A stretch of DNA of 64,000 nucleotides from Octopus vulgaris (lineage: Eukaryota): the NCBI GenBank assembly GCA_951406725.2, contig OX597832.1:65782001-65846000 (forward strand), read 5' to 3'. The notes beneath the pieces are model-generated. The model saw only the letters and a list, made by a program, of their open reading frames with translations. It had not been told where the DNA came from and ran no database searches. The translations under genes were made by a program, and so were the position numbers. Positions 40,921 through 55,219 of this stretch are shown here, piece by piece (the stretch's first letter is position 1; each line of letters starts with the position of its first letter).

Positions 40921-42183
40921 GTATATATTTGCATTTATTACTTATTTGTCATTAATGAGATATGGTTTCCATTGCTATATATAAACTCGTTCCTTGACAC
41001 TTGTATTACTCTGGTTAAATATTGTCTCACACATATGATTTAGGATTGAATATGGAAAGGAGGAAACTTTAATTTGTCACTCTCTCTGTGAAAATGACAG
41101 CTAAACTACTTTCTTATAATACGCTGCGGTCCTAAAAAAGTGTAATGTTACATTATTAAATGCAGCAGCACTAGATCTCAGATGAAAATAATGTTATTTT
41201 ATCATCCTTTTAAATAGAACGTCTTTGAAGTTCTACACGGTCAGGACTAGCCTCGGACACACGGCACTTCCATCAGCATGTTCACCATTCTACTGTCACA
41301 CTCCTAAAGAACGAGACAGTCTATACGTACTTGGGTGTCCTCTCAGAAATAGTAACAGAAATTTCTTTATAATTATCTATCCCTATCTCTTAGAAAAGGT
41401 TAAATTAGATGACTCTAGGTTCAGGAGACATAGGAAAAGACATTGTCCTTGAATGAATGCTTTAATTCTAACACTTCTCACTCAAAGCTGAACTAATGTA
41501 GATATAGATACTAAGTACACAATGAGCAACAGCTATTATACTTAAACGAAATATCGCATCCACCTGTCTCAAGTATTGGGGTAGCAATTATTTGAACTGT
41601 TATTTTAAATGACTCTATATTCTGGGTAGAAACCTGTTGTCATAAAAGTATTCGATTAAGACGTAGATGGGGGTTAAACAATCCCCAGCTACCAAAAACA
41701 CTACTACAACAAATACCCCCAGCCGTATTATTATGAACCACCCACCGCAGGTATGGCAAGGATGTAACACTGGATAAGCATCAAGGTAGGAGAATACGAA
41801 ACAGTTTTTGATGACTTTACAAAGTTCTACTTATGTTAGCGAGTGTATTTTTTAAACTTAAACGTAGGACTTTTGCCTATTTTACAATTACCATAAAATA
41901 AATATTTATTCCTTATCTAACATCCTGGGTGCAAATATTATGATATTTTTTCATTGCATAAACGTTTTTTTTAAATAATTTTTAAGTGGTTTTGTATACA
42001 TTAGTATGCATTACTTATTGTGCATTTATGATCTAATAAACGGGTTTTCATTACGTTGAATCATTGTCTCTTGTTTACTAAGCTCTCCTTACTCATGTCA
42101 TAAATTTATTTCCAAAAGAAAAAAATGTTCTCAAACAACGAGAAATACGCATTAATGGCATCTGAAATCCCTGAGGTAGCCGT

Positions 42184-42284
<101 letters not shown>

Positions 42285-42893
42285 AAGTTCATTTGTACAT
42301 GTAAACACAAGCGTACATGCGCATACACTTCTGTGCGTACGTCTACATGTGTCTGTGTGTGTTTTTGGCAATGTGATTACGTCAGAGGAAACCATTATAT
42401 TGTGAAATGTCTTGAGGAAAATATACCGCAAACTGCGTGCGAATGTTTACGTTTTTCTTCGAACAAATAACGAATTTCAAGTTTACCCATGCTATCTGAT
42501 CGAACGTGGAGAAAGTAAAATAGAAATATTCACCTCCTCTCAGTAAGGGGGAGGAATTCGTATCAAATGTCGAAGTCATGATCCATTATGATCCCACCTG
42601 GAAATCTAACTTGGCTTTTGTGTTGAAATTGAAACATTATTTCTGTATTAAATTCATCATGGCTTTCTATTGGTGACACACGTATCGGTGACATTTATGT
42701 TTATTTCCTATCGTTTCAGTTATTAACTGGTCTATATATATACACGGAGACACGCACACATGCATACACGCGTATGTATGTATGTGCTGGTATATTTGGC
42801 GACGGTCATATAAACACATGCACTGTTTATTTTATCTTGACTTTATATTTATTACTGGAATCCTTTCGATAAATCTACCTCTATGTATGTAAA

Positions 42894-42970
<77 letters not shown>

Positions 42971-43229
42971 GAATATCAATAGATGTACTGGTGTCAGTTC
43001 ATTACGGCCGTTTCTAACGACTCCTTTAATTGTTTAATGAAAACATTACATCATTTTACGGGAACCGGTTTCATTAGATGAATTCATGAACTTCAAACTA
43101 AAGGACATTCAAAATGATTTAGCATCATTTAAAATCTATTCTGCCAAGTGTAATTGTTGCCAAATCACTAAAAATATTTTCGCACCGTGGATTTTGAACA
43201 ATGTTAAATCATTCTGAGTGTTTGGGGAA

Positions 43230-43314
43230 TTACTCTGACGAAGACGGTTTCTTTACAATGATGCAATGTTTTCATTAGTCGATTAAAGGAGTCCTTAGAA
43301 ACGGCCGTAATGGA
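43230..43314 (+). ncRNA. HHR with long stem II in fold-back element (mate on - at 42998-43082)
   Basis: CTGACGA..TTTCTTTA...TAAAGGAG..GAAAC-GGCC-GTA-ATGGA. The minus mate reads TTCAT-CTAATGA...GAAAC-GGCC-GTA-ATGAA with stem I TTCAT/ATGAA. Confidence 0.55.
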
Positions 43315-43583
43315 TTGACACCTGTACCTCTACTGTTTATAATTTATAATTTATTCACCTCTAGCGGAGTTTGTTCTACGTAAACATTATATGCAGTATA
43401 TTCAAGACAATGTACATATTTCAACGGCTCAAGAGCGTTTTTTGTCACACCACTAGGTATAATTTTTTTCACACACTGCGAGAATATCATTCGCCCGGTA
43501 ATTGTGAGCAAGTTTGATATTTACTTAATATTGTTATGGGTTTATATTATTCCGAACGAAAGAGGTGCCTCAGTTTACCTAGG

Positions 43584-43649
<66 letters not shown>

Positions 43650-43684
43650 TTTTTATTTTATATGTCAGCATTTGACATCGGAAG

Positions 43685-43722
<38 letters not shown>

Positions 43723-43726
43723 AGCT

Positions 43727-43789
<63 letters not shown>

Positions 43790-44303
43790 TAAAGGAAATC
43801 TGGACTTTAGGAGAACGACTGGAAACAAGTTTAGAGGATTGTATAGAATATTCCCAAAGAGCGAAAATCATGGCAGTAATTAGCTACCTCTCAATGTACC
43901 TCACAAATTCCGTCTAGAAGGTTATTATACCCAATCTTCCAAGTTGCTTTCATACTTACTCGCCTGCCTTCGAGATTTCCTTTATTTCTAAAATACCAAC
44001 ACCCTTCACGCTACGATCTTTGTTCATAAAATTACTCTGACATTCCAAAAGCTGGCGTTTATACAGTATTATGAAGTGTTATCAGGGGTCGGTTCGCTCA
44101 ATGGTTTAAAGCACTCAGTTGGAAATGTGAGAGGTGGAGTGTTCGAGTTTCTGTTTTCGCTTGCAGGTTACATCCATCAACCGCGTCCACTAGGTGTTTT
44201 CCGAATTAGAGATTTACTTCATTTCTATAATATCAACTCATTCGACGCTACAAAGTTTCTTTCATTCTCTCCCCTTCTCTTTCTCTCTTTCCCTCTGTCT
44301 CTT

Positions 44304-44370
<67 letters not shown>

Positions 44371-44959
44371 CAGGAGAGAGAGAGAAAGAGAGACGTGCGT
44401 GTGTGCAATTAAATGCTTTCCTAGCTATAGACTTTATTTGCATAGATCCGAGGAAGCTATGAGAGGTTGCACAAGGTCTTAGTCCATTACTTCTTACGGA
44501 AGAAACAGTTGCAAGCTAATGTGGTTAAATACGTGTCTCCGGCTCTTTTGTCATTCAATAAATGATATACAAAGACACACACGAACACACACACACACGT
44601 ATGTATGTATGTGTGATTATATAGAAGTGTATGTATTTCTGGCGTTGAGTGTATAAGTGACTTTCGAAACCCTACAAATATTAGCCACTGGCGTTATTAT
44701 AAAAACAGTGATTCTCAATTTGTGGACATATCGTACGTTATTCCCACCTGGGAAATTTCCACTTCTCACTGATATGAAGTATATTGAGGGTTATGTTCTG
44801 AAAAGTAACCCGGTAAACATATATTTTGAACACAGTGAATGAAGAAAAACTTCCTAGGAAACAGATTTTTAGGTGTGTTGGGCGTGCCAACGTGTTTTTA
44901 TTGCATTTTGAATAAAATTGAATATCTCAAGTTGGTGATCAGAAGTTGAAGGTGACACG

Positions 44960-45200
44960 TCTGTTATCATTTTCCATTTTCCCTTGAGAAAATGGTCTCT
45001 AAGGTGAAAGGAAATATTCACACTGATCGACGATTAATCATCCAGAAAATTGTTAATTATTTGGACATTCCTTTTGAATCACGTAAGGCGCTTTCGATTG
45101 AAGCGCTTTGCATCCATCGCGTGTCTGTAAAATTGGTGTGAATAATGTTTGAGTGATGATCAAAAGTTTCTCCGTTCATGCATCTGTGAAGATCTGCTCT
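44960..45200 (+). pseudogene. Decayed mariner transposase fragment (second HTH/linker)
   Basis: DRRLIIQKIVNYLDIPFES.KA...EALCIHRVSVKLV resembles DRRLTIREIA..L.IS..S...IL.E.L.M.RVSAKFVP. Confidence 0.55.
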
Positions 45201-46229
45201 GACAAGGGGTGGAAATGGATTCTACTTTTATTAAATTAATTATTACTAGTTGTTGTTCTTGTTAATTAGCTCCCAGGTCATACCTAATGAAGCAGACATA
45301 ATCAAAGGCATTCCACTTGTAATCACACTGTCTTCTATTCAGATTTATTGTATCTATGACTACATTAGCATATGCAGCTTTTCTGCTATTTTTTCTGTAT
45401 TGATATCGCGATATTTAACGCGCATTGGCTGATAATTCTAAAAGGTCTTGCGAGAGGTGATATGATCTCTACTTGACTAGAATTTCAGTGGTTAATGTAA
45501 TATCGGTTGTATGGTGGCACTTTAGTTCTAAATACAGTAGGACAATGATTTATAGCTCCACGACTGTACTTTAAACTTCTGTTTCCGGTCAGTATATTTA
45601 GGAACACATTTCGTTACTAATATCGCTTCCCTTGATGTTGTGTCTTTTGATGGATAATCGGTTGCTATTTCTATAGAGTAGCATCTCTATATATATTTCG
45701 TTGTGTAATATCAAACGTGGAAATTTACCTTCACACTTTACAAAACAGTGAACAATGAGATCATTGCAACATCCAAATGAGGGGCGAGAAATGCACTTCT
45801 ATTTAATAGAAAAGCCTTCATAGCAATATATTTCTTTAATAGGGCTTACTACGTAGGGGGCTCTCCTAAAGTAATGATAAAATGTTGGCAACAATATGTC
45901 ACACACACGCGTAGTATTTCAAAGAAAACCTTCATATTGATCAGGATTTTTGTAAAATGATGCATTAAACATTTGAAGCCGAGTTCTTAATTTCTTTAGT
46001 CTTATATTTTAGTTCTTTCCCCAGCAATTTTGAGCTTCTGAATATGTTGAAATGTATGGTATCGTGGTTTCAAAGATTGCTTCTAAACCATTTAGATTTA
46101 GAAAATATCCAAACAAACAGCGCCTTAAGTAAATAATCTGGGGTTGAGAGCGATAACATTAATAATCATTGCTGGAATTTTGTGTGTTGAAGTCTGATAT
46201 ATATACACACAATGCACAGTGTTTGCGAG

Positions 46230-46470
46230 ACTGTCGGACATTGTAATACATCATTGGTTACAATGCGCTTTGCCTTGTTTAGCTTTCGAATGATGACACT
46301 CTGATGGAAGGATATTCCGTACCCGGGTTAGCCATTTACAGCTGGGTGGAATGGGAAAATGTGGGATGCAGTGCGTTGCTTAGGAACACAAAGCGCGAGT
46401 CCCTGAATCGAACCAACGAGTTAATGATCGTGAGTGTTATACCCTAACCACTATGCTACGCGCGTTCACA
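46230..46470 (-). mobile_element. tRNA-derived SINE, family 4
   Basis: Minus strand: TAGCATAGTGGTTAG (A box), GGTTCGATTC (B box), then CCACCCAGCTGTAAATGG (V-domain-like, inference). Confidence 0.65.
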
Positions 46471-46839
46471 GACATATATATGTGTGTGCGTGTGTTTCAA
46501 CAACTGGACTGCGGCCATAATGGGGCACTGCTTTGACGAATTTTTAGTTAAATAAATCGGCCTCTTTAGTTATTTTCTTCAGCCTGGTACGTATTCTTAT
46601 TACTTTATTGCCCACAATGGGCTAAACATAGAAGGGACAGACAAGGACAGATAAAAGGATTAAGTCGATTAAGCTGGTACTTAATTTATTGACCCCGAAA
46701 GGATGGAAGGCAAAGTCGACGTCGGCGGAACTTGAACTCAGAACGTAAAGGCAAACGAAACACCACTATAATTTCGCCCGGCGTGCTACCGTTTCTGCCA
46801 GCTCGCCGCTTTTTTGTACTTATTTTGTCGGAATTCTTT

Positions 46840-46939
46840 ACAGAACGCAGGTTTACGGGGAAGTAAATACACCAGCACCGGTTTTCGAGCAACAGTGGGG
46901 GTAAAATACACACATAGCTCTCTCTCTCGCTCTCTCTCT

Positions 46940-46983
<44 letters not shown>

Positions 46984-47130
46984 CGATTCAGTTTCCGTGT
47001 ACCAATCCACTCAAAAGGGTTTGGTTGTCCCGAGGTTAAAGTAGAGGGCACTTACAAGAGGTGACACGCAGTGAAACTGAACCTGGAACCACGCGGTTGG
47101 GAAGCAAGTATCAAATCCTGCCTACGCTTA
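46840..47130 (-). mobile_element. SINE family 1 copy with internal (TA)n/(CT)n; its tail lies at ~46490-46590, separated by a family-2 SINE
   Basis: Head at 47060-47130 and body at 46840-47050 on the minus strand. The tail motif TGCGGCCATAATGGGGCAC is at ~46510. Confidence 0.7.
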
Positions 47131-47507
47131 ATAATGTTTATTATTTTTATATAATCCTTAGCCATCATTTGACCTTAGCGTCGTTCGTTCTCAAATGTGA
47201 ATATTATTTTCTTTTAGTTTTCTAGATTATTTATGACTTTTTTCTTTTTTCTTCCCTTTAAACTTGCTAAATACTTTTGGAATCCTACAGTAAATTTTCC
47301 ACAATGGTTTCCTACTTTCACACGTCACGTATCTTTCGAGTCCTGTGTTTGTAGTAAATATCATGTCTATATGTAAGTCTTTGTGTGATCTATTCTAAAT
47401 CATATTATTAATTTATTTTCTTTTTTTCGGAAATCACTTAACACACCATTCAGAATATTGCAACAGTGACTATTGTTTTGAAGACACTACATACATACAC
47501 ACAATAT

Positions 47508-47556
<49 letters not shown>

Positions 47557-47606
47557 TATGCATATATGTGTGTGTAATTATAAGTATACATTTACGTTTA
47601 TATATG

Positions 47607-47645
<39 letters not shown>

Positions 47646-50600
47646 ATGAGTGTGTGTGTATGTGTGTGTGTGTGTGAGTATATATATATATTGCCGTTTT
47701 ATATTTTTATGTTTTAAATACTAATCAAATACAATACAATAGTTCTTCTTCAACATTTTTTCTTCTTTATGTCTCGTCATCTGTCTAGTTCATAAATTCC
47801 TAACTTTCTCCTATTATTATTATTATTATCACTTTTTTGTGGTTTAACTATCTTATGAGTGTTCATTATAGTATCAATATTTGTATTAATAACTTTCTTC
47901 TTATGGAGGCTGCCTAGTCGCGTTTTTCACATCAAGTTTTAAGGAAATATTTCCACTCCATCAGTGAATTATGTCTAACATAATTTCAAGTTACTCGCAA
48001 TATCAACAACATATTTCATACGAATGTGATGTAATCTACTCATGTTAGTTATGCCTATAAAACGAATAATGAATATTTAGGATTTCAATTTAACAATCAC
48101 CTGTTTTTTTTCTAATGTTTTTACAGTAGAAATTCAATTACTCATGATATTTTTAGTTACGTTATCATTTTCTATTTTACCATTTGTTGGTTATCTTAAA
48201 ATCGGCTGTACATGTTTTTAAAGTGTAGACAGACAAATTATTTTTGTATATTTGGAAGTGTAAACCTTAATCAGTGTTGTGACTTAAAACAGACGTTCTT
48301 GCCCGATGTTACTTTTGCAGCTTTTTCTGATCGTTGAGTATACTTTGAATAAAATTGTTTAACTGTTAGATGGTATTGTAAATACTTTGACACGTTTTTA
48401 TGAATGCGTCATCAACATTTATGTTTAGTTTGCTATATTTTGATAAATTCTTGCATTGTTTCTCTATCTTATGACGGCAGACCGACCGAATTGTTAGAGA
48501 GTGAGCGAATACCTTGTGATATATATTTTTTCTTTCACTGCGCTCTTATTTCAAATTCTCGCGCGCGATATCAAATCTTCATTTTCTCAATTTAGGGTCG
48601 GTAAATCGAACACAAATACAAGGTTGTGGATTAGCTGAATTATCAGAGAACTGAACGAGATTTATCATGAAATTTGTTCCAGCTGTTTGCGTGCTAAATT
48701 CAAATTCCGAATACATTCAAATGTAACCGTTAACATCCTAGTCACGAAATACAATGCACTATGAAAGACACAACGGTTAGAAAAAAAGAAACGATTACTG
48801 TTTGCAGGTGACCATTGAGAATAATTTCTTTCTACCAGAGTTTGGTATTGAACTTGCGTTAAAAATCACACTCACCCTGACTAAAAACATATACCCACTT
48901 ATACACTATATAGCCTATCTTCGTTGACGTTACATATTTATATTTTTTTTTATAATCATGCCCTTAGTAAAAGTACTTTTGTCTAAAGATGTTTTTGTCA
49001 AGTTGATGTCATTTTTCGGTATCATTTTGCCTAAATATTTTATTGATTTCCTGTTCCTCCTTTAAATATTTAATATTTTCTAATATTCAAACCCTTTTCG
49101 TTATGTGTAAAATGTGATATTAAAACAAGGTTTTGTTCAACAAAATTTGCTTTAAATATTTTTATTCTTTTTAATACTAATTTCAGAACTTGTTATGTTG
49201 TTATCGGATTTACTCCCCAATACATAGCACAGACTTCACGTTATTTGCCGAGGTATTTACTCTCTTAGTAAATACGAAATAATTTATAAATTTGATTGTA
49301 ACGAAAATAGAATTTTCAACAGAATGAATTGCTAATAGACATCATCAGCGATATGACGAATTCGAAAATTGTCTTGTAGTAATTCACCTCACAGTAGACA
49401 GCTTTGTATTTTTCTATTCCACTGTCGATAGATAATAAACCGCGCTTGAAGTGTAGGAAGTCAGAAAAATTAAAGCTCCAAACTGGATACTATGCGGTAT
49501 TTCTTCCCGTTATCAGCGTTCTGATTTCAAATCCTGACTTGTCCAACTTGGTTGGTGGATTTTTCTGGCATGTTACATTTTTTTTGGTGCCTGGAGAGAA
49601 GGAAATATTTGTTTTATGCTCTATTGATATCTTCCTGATTAGGGTTCCAGTTGAAGAATATATTCCACCAAACACAACGCTAAAAATCCCTTTGAGTGGT
49701 TGCGTATACCGAGCATGTACATGACAAATGATACGAAACAAAAGGTGAAAGGTAAATTAATACTAACAAATTTAATATCATGAAGCAAACAAAAAAACTT
49801 AACCCGATCTTATTTTAGTACTTTCAGCAGTTACATGATATAAATACGATAACTTGATACCGGCTGCGACTATTTCTGGAGAGCAATCAGCAGTCTCTGT
49901 GTGAATATACTTAATAAACCAACTCAGGGAGAATGCATTGTAACTATGGGTTCTATTTTTATTAGTCACAGAAGTACAACATATAAATATTTTGAGTCAA
50001 AAGGAGGAAATTTTCCTGAGATCCGATGCCTAAAAGGATTGACTGCAATAGAAGAGGGCAATAAAGAAATAAGAAGAGACCCCTCTAAACAAATCTAAGA
50101 AGCAACTGATGATATTGAACGCGAATAAGAATCGAACCCGCTAATGGGTTTCAAACACAATTTGCATTTACGACACACGCTCACAAGGCAGAACTCGTAT
50201 GGTTTAGTTAGAATACATATTAAATCACTTTATCTCTAAAACGTTTGGACTTCTACTGTAGAGCATGCTGCAATAAATACGACAAATTGTACTTTTGCAT
50301 CTAATATCTGCTTCGTTTTTAATACTTTCTCATATAAGTTACCTATCACTTCACCTCCGAATGATTTCCTGAACTTCTAATGTATTATACATAAGTTATT
50401 TATGTTGAACTTACGGAAATGTAGACACAGAATGATTTGTTTGTTCAAGTTTTTTCGGCTTATTTTATTCCCAATTCTGTTAAACCTTTGCTGAAGTCGC
50501 ATAATTTACGAAGCTGTTATAATCTATATACAGAACGCGTCATGAATAAATTAGGAAATGTTACTAACTGTCTCATTTTCGTTCTTCAAGTCGGCACTTT

Positions 50601-50790
50601 AATGCAGATAGGTTTCTCTAAATCTATGTCACATAAATTCACAAAAAGTCACACACCAACACAATAATATGCATAGCAACATTTATACATACGCTTATAT
50701 AAAACATAGTTTTGTGAACCCTTAGGTATAATTTATATACGTAAGGAAATATATGTAAGAGTGTCTATATATATATATATATATCTACAT

Positions 50791-51118
50791 ACTGTACGCA
50801 TTAGGCACTCCTTTACGTGCACCTCGTCTGGCCTTATTTACTGCATTAAATGCAACCTATGCGGGGTGCTGTATGTAGGACAGACGGGACGCCGGTTGTC
50901 CGACCGTTTCACTGAACACTTGAGGGACGTTCGCCTACACTCTTTTTCTCCCGTCGCACGCCACTTCCGCTCGGCCGGCCATTCCCTAGATGACATCTCA
51001 GTGTTTGGTCTCGCCCCCACAATGGTCGCCCACTTTCCAGGCTCCACTTGGAGCAACGCTACATCTTCACCCTACAAACTACCACCCCACACGGACTTAA
51101 CACAGCCCCCTCCTCTTG
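50791..51118 (+). pseudogene. GIY-YIG endonuclease fragment of PLE family A (frameshift near 51020)
   Basis: LIY...YVG motif followed by R..EH and ARHF...H. The reading frame departs from copy 1 after GLAP. Confidence 0.9.
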
Positions 51119-52468
51119 AGATCCGTTTTTTTTTTTCCCGGATACACCACCCACACACACCCACCCACCTACCTCCCACACGCCTGTTCACACACACACA
51201 TACGTAGACCCATCTACGTACATACATTCACACATTTAATCACACACACTTATAGACATACATGCACACACTAACATACAAACCAACATGCACATGCACA
51301 CACACATACATACATACACACACACATACATACTTACACACACACACACACAGACATACATACACACATACATACACACATACATACGCACATACATACA
51401 CACACGCTCACACATACACACCGCACGTACATACTTCACACACACACACATGCACACATACATGTAGGCACACACATACACACATACCCACACATGCACA
51501 CCCTTACACTGAATGCACACACACATACACCTTTTTGCATCCAGGCAGCCCCCCTCCTTTCTGCTTTCCGGTTTTGGCTGATGGATCCTCGGTTCCCGCG
51601 CAGCGGGGCGTTCGTGGGCCTTTGCGCTCGCGCGCCTTGGCGCGCGCTGGGGGCTTGGTCGGCCCCTTGGGCTTGCGTTGTACTGCTTGTGCGTTGTGTG
51701 CGAGAGCGCGCTTCGTGTGTGTGGGCTTGCTTCGGATGTGCGCGTGCGTATGTATGCATACATACCCACACACTCGCATGCATCCCTACCCACATACATA
51801 CACGCACACCTACTCACACACACACATACACACACACACACATACCCGCACACACACACACATACATACATACACACACACACATACATACATACACACA
51901 CATACCTACTTCAGACATACACACACACAGACATACACCCATACACTCACACTCACACGCATACACACACACACATACACACGCACACGTACACATACAC
52001 ACACACACACACCTACATACATACATTACACTTGTATACACACACACTTACATTCATACACACACACACCTACACAGCCATACCCTCACTCAGACACACA
52101 CATCTACCTACACACACACACAAACACACACAGACACACACCCATACATACATACATCTACACACACACGCCTACACACATACATACACACATACATAAA
52201 CACACACACATACACATACACACACATACGCACACACACATATACTTATACACATGCACACACACATACATACATACACACATACACACACACACACATA
52301 CCTACATACTCCTATACACTCATACATACACACAGACATACACACATACACACTCACACAAACATACACACACACATACTTACACACACACTCACCTGCA
52401 CGCGCACACACATGCATGACAAACACCCATACACTCACACTCACATACGCACACACCAACATAAACCA

Positions 52469-52499
<31 letters not shown>

Positions 52500-53930
52500 C
52501 ATACACATGCATACACACACACACACAAACATGCACGGACACACCCAGACATACATACATACACCTATATACACACGCCCACACACCTACATACACACAC
52601 ATATACACACGCCCACACACCTACATACACACACATACATACACACACATACACGGACACACCCATACATACTTACATACATACACCTATACACACACGC
52701 CTACACACCTACATACACACACATGCATACACACACACATGTACGCACATACACACACATATACGCACATACATATATACCCACAGACATGCACACACAC
52801 ACATACGCACATGCATGCATGCATGCACACGCGCACACCTACACGCATACACACACACACACGCACGTACACATACATACATACACACACGCATACATAC
52901 ACCCATACACATACATGCATCCTACACACACATACATACACACTCACACATACATACACACACACACACTCACTCACACACCTGTATGTACGCGCACACA
53001 CATGCACATACACACACTTCCCCACACCCACACATACATACATACACACTCATACACATACACACACACACACACACACGGACATACATCTATGCACACA
53101 CATATATACACACATACTCACATACATTCATCGGACACACTGCCACCCAGACATACACACAGACACACTCACACATCCACACACATACATACTTACGCGC
53201 ATACTCGCAGGCGCGCGCACACACGCGCTTGCGCCGGTTCGCGCACGCATACGCGCCGCATGCACCTCGCTCTTGGACCCGACGAGACCTCCCGCGCGTT
53301 CCTGGGACCGTCGCTTGTCGTTGGGTTTTCCCACACCCGTCTCCGCGGGACCACTCTTCCATCTTCCCCTCAGCTGGAGTCCTTTTTCCTTAACCCCCCC
53401 TTTTCGTTACACACGCGCGCACACATATACACACATTGCTTAAATATATACATTACTCTTACACACATTCATTTCAACTCGCCATTAATACTACCACGAC
53501 ACTGGACACACACACACACTACTACTCAACACACGTTGGCACGCTACTTACGCCCCCACCCCTTCCCCTCCCTCCCTTCCTCCTTCCTTCTTTTTCTTAC
53601 TACTGACCTTCGTCTGCTATGCCGACCACTGTCTCGCCCTACCTCACACGCCTACACACAGACGCACACACTAACACATACATATATTTTTTGTTTTTTT
53701 ATCTCGCCTCACACACACACATACACACACGCACACGCACACACTCACACATACACACACATCTGTTGCGTTACCAACCTTGTCTCCACTCTTTTGCCTT
53801 TAAAAACCTACTTTGCTCTTGTTATCGTAAATTCCGCCTTTCACCATGTGCAACTCGTAAACACCAGTCGTTTTTTTTTCTCTATCCCTGTTGCCCGCTT
53901 TGGGATCTTTCTTTCCTCTCTCTTCCTTCT

Positions 53931-53970
53931 TTATGTTTCCGACGAAGAGCTCCGCTCGAAACGTCATACC
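53931..53970 (+). ncRNA. Minimal HHR-like motif in PLE family A terminus (core CCGACGA)
   Basis: CCGACGA-A-GAGC-TCC-GCTC-GAAACGTC; core identical to copy 1. Confidence 0.65.
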
Positions 53971-54056
53971 CTCCTGCTTCCATTTCCTGAGCGCCTATTA
54001 ATAATAATACTGTAATTGTTCCATTGTTGTTGTTTTTTTGTTTTCCCGTTTGGATT

Positions 54057-54106
<50 letters not shown>

Positions 54107-54170
54107 CTACATATATACATGCATATGCATATGTATGTGCATCTATATATGTATGTATACATACGTACAT

Positions 54171-54204
<34 letters not shown>

Positions 54205-54594
54205 ACGAATATATACATGTATATATACTTATGTATATATATATAAGAGTGTGTATATAAATATGTGTGTGAGTGTGTGTGTTTATATACGTATACATAC
54301 TTTACTCTTAACTGCAATTAAGCGTGTAAATTGTTCCCTAATGTTAGGTTCAATGGCATCACATTATTCATTTGCAATTAAATCTCTGACATTCGCTTTT
54401 TTTGCAATGTGTCAATCTTTGCTATGGTTACACTATTTACGCAGTCAAAGTATTCTCCATGTGAAGGAATCCACAGTCTAGACGCATTTCCCCCTGTTGG
54501 AAGCGGTGATGGAACATTTTGCACATTGGTGCATTTTAACGCCTCCGTCTTTTTTCTTCTTCATATCTTCCACATCAATAAATTCCCTAGTACC

Positions 54595-54958
54595 ACCTTT
54601 CGTCACTAGTGATGACCTTCGAAAAGGTTTCAGGTCAACGTTCACCAGTCATGACTGCTTTTGATCTTCTGTGAACAAACGGGGAACATATTTTACGGCA
54701 GCAATTCATTCGCAATTCCTCGCTCAAAATTCATTGGCAGGAAATCCAGTCATATCAACAAGTACCTCCACTGTTCATTGACCGTCCTCCAGGATCAATT
54801 AATGAATTTGAATGACGTTTTCATTCGTTCAGGACATCGATGGTGATCCCGGACGAGGTTGTTCTTCAAACAACAAGTGTCCATTCCTAAAACGTGGAAA
54901 TCCCGTGTAAACATGTATTTTGCTCATGGCAGCATCCCTGTAAGGTTTTTTAAAACAT
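54595..54958 (-). pseudogene. Mariner transposase N-terminal fragment
   Basis: Manual translation: YRDAAMSKIHVY..F.RFRNG....EEQPRPG.PS...NENV....LILED, then a decayed AAKFVP-like linker and KVITSDE (first catalytic Asp region). Confidence 0.8.
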
Positions 54959-54964
54959 AACATC

Positions 54965-55105
54965 GCTAAACAATTGGTGTCGGTGTGTTTATGTTCACGC
55001 AACTTAGCGGTTTGGCAAAATGATCCAATAAAATAAGTACTAGGCTTTAAAAATAAAGGCAGTACCCAGCATGGCCGCTGTCAATTGACTGAAACACGAA
55101 ATAAA
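54965..55105 (+). mobile_element. SINE family 1, 3' half
   Basis: AACTTAGCGGTTTGGCAAAA...AATAAGTACTAGGCTT...CAGCATGGCCGCTGTCAATTGACTGAAAC. Confidence 0.75.
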
Positions 55106-55121
55106 ATCAAACATTATATAC

Positions 55122-55212
<91 letters not shown>

Positions 55213-55219
<7 letters not shown>

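Larger units (their letters stand above)
50791..54062 (+). mobile_element. Penelope-like retroelement, family A, copy 2 (GIY-YIG domain only, ~2.9 kb CA-rich tail, HHR terminus)
   Basis: TVRIRHSFTCTSSGLIYCIKCNLCGVLYVGQTGRRLSDRFTEHLRDV is nearly identical to copy 1. It shares the GC island and the terminus, and is flanked by (TA)n on both sides. Confidence 0.92.

Noticed and set aside
44086-44160. tRNA-like sequence with A and B boxes (also the heads at 1828, 12301, 19196, 46400)
   Set aside because: No complete cloverleaf or acceptor stem. These are SINE heads or decayed derivatives.
51262-54015. Very long ORFs (385, 649, 379, 502 aa) rich in His/Thr/Tyr
   Set aside because: They are translations of degenerate (CA)n/(CATA)n, which lacks stop codons in several frames. 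No domain content.
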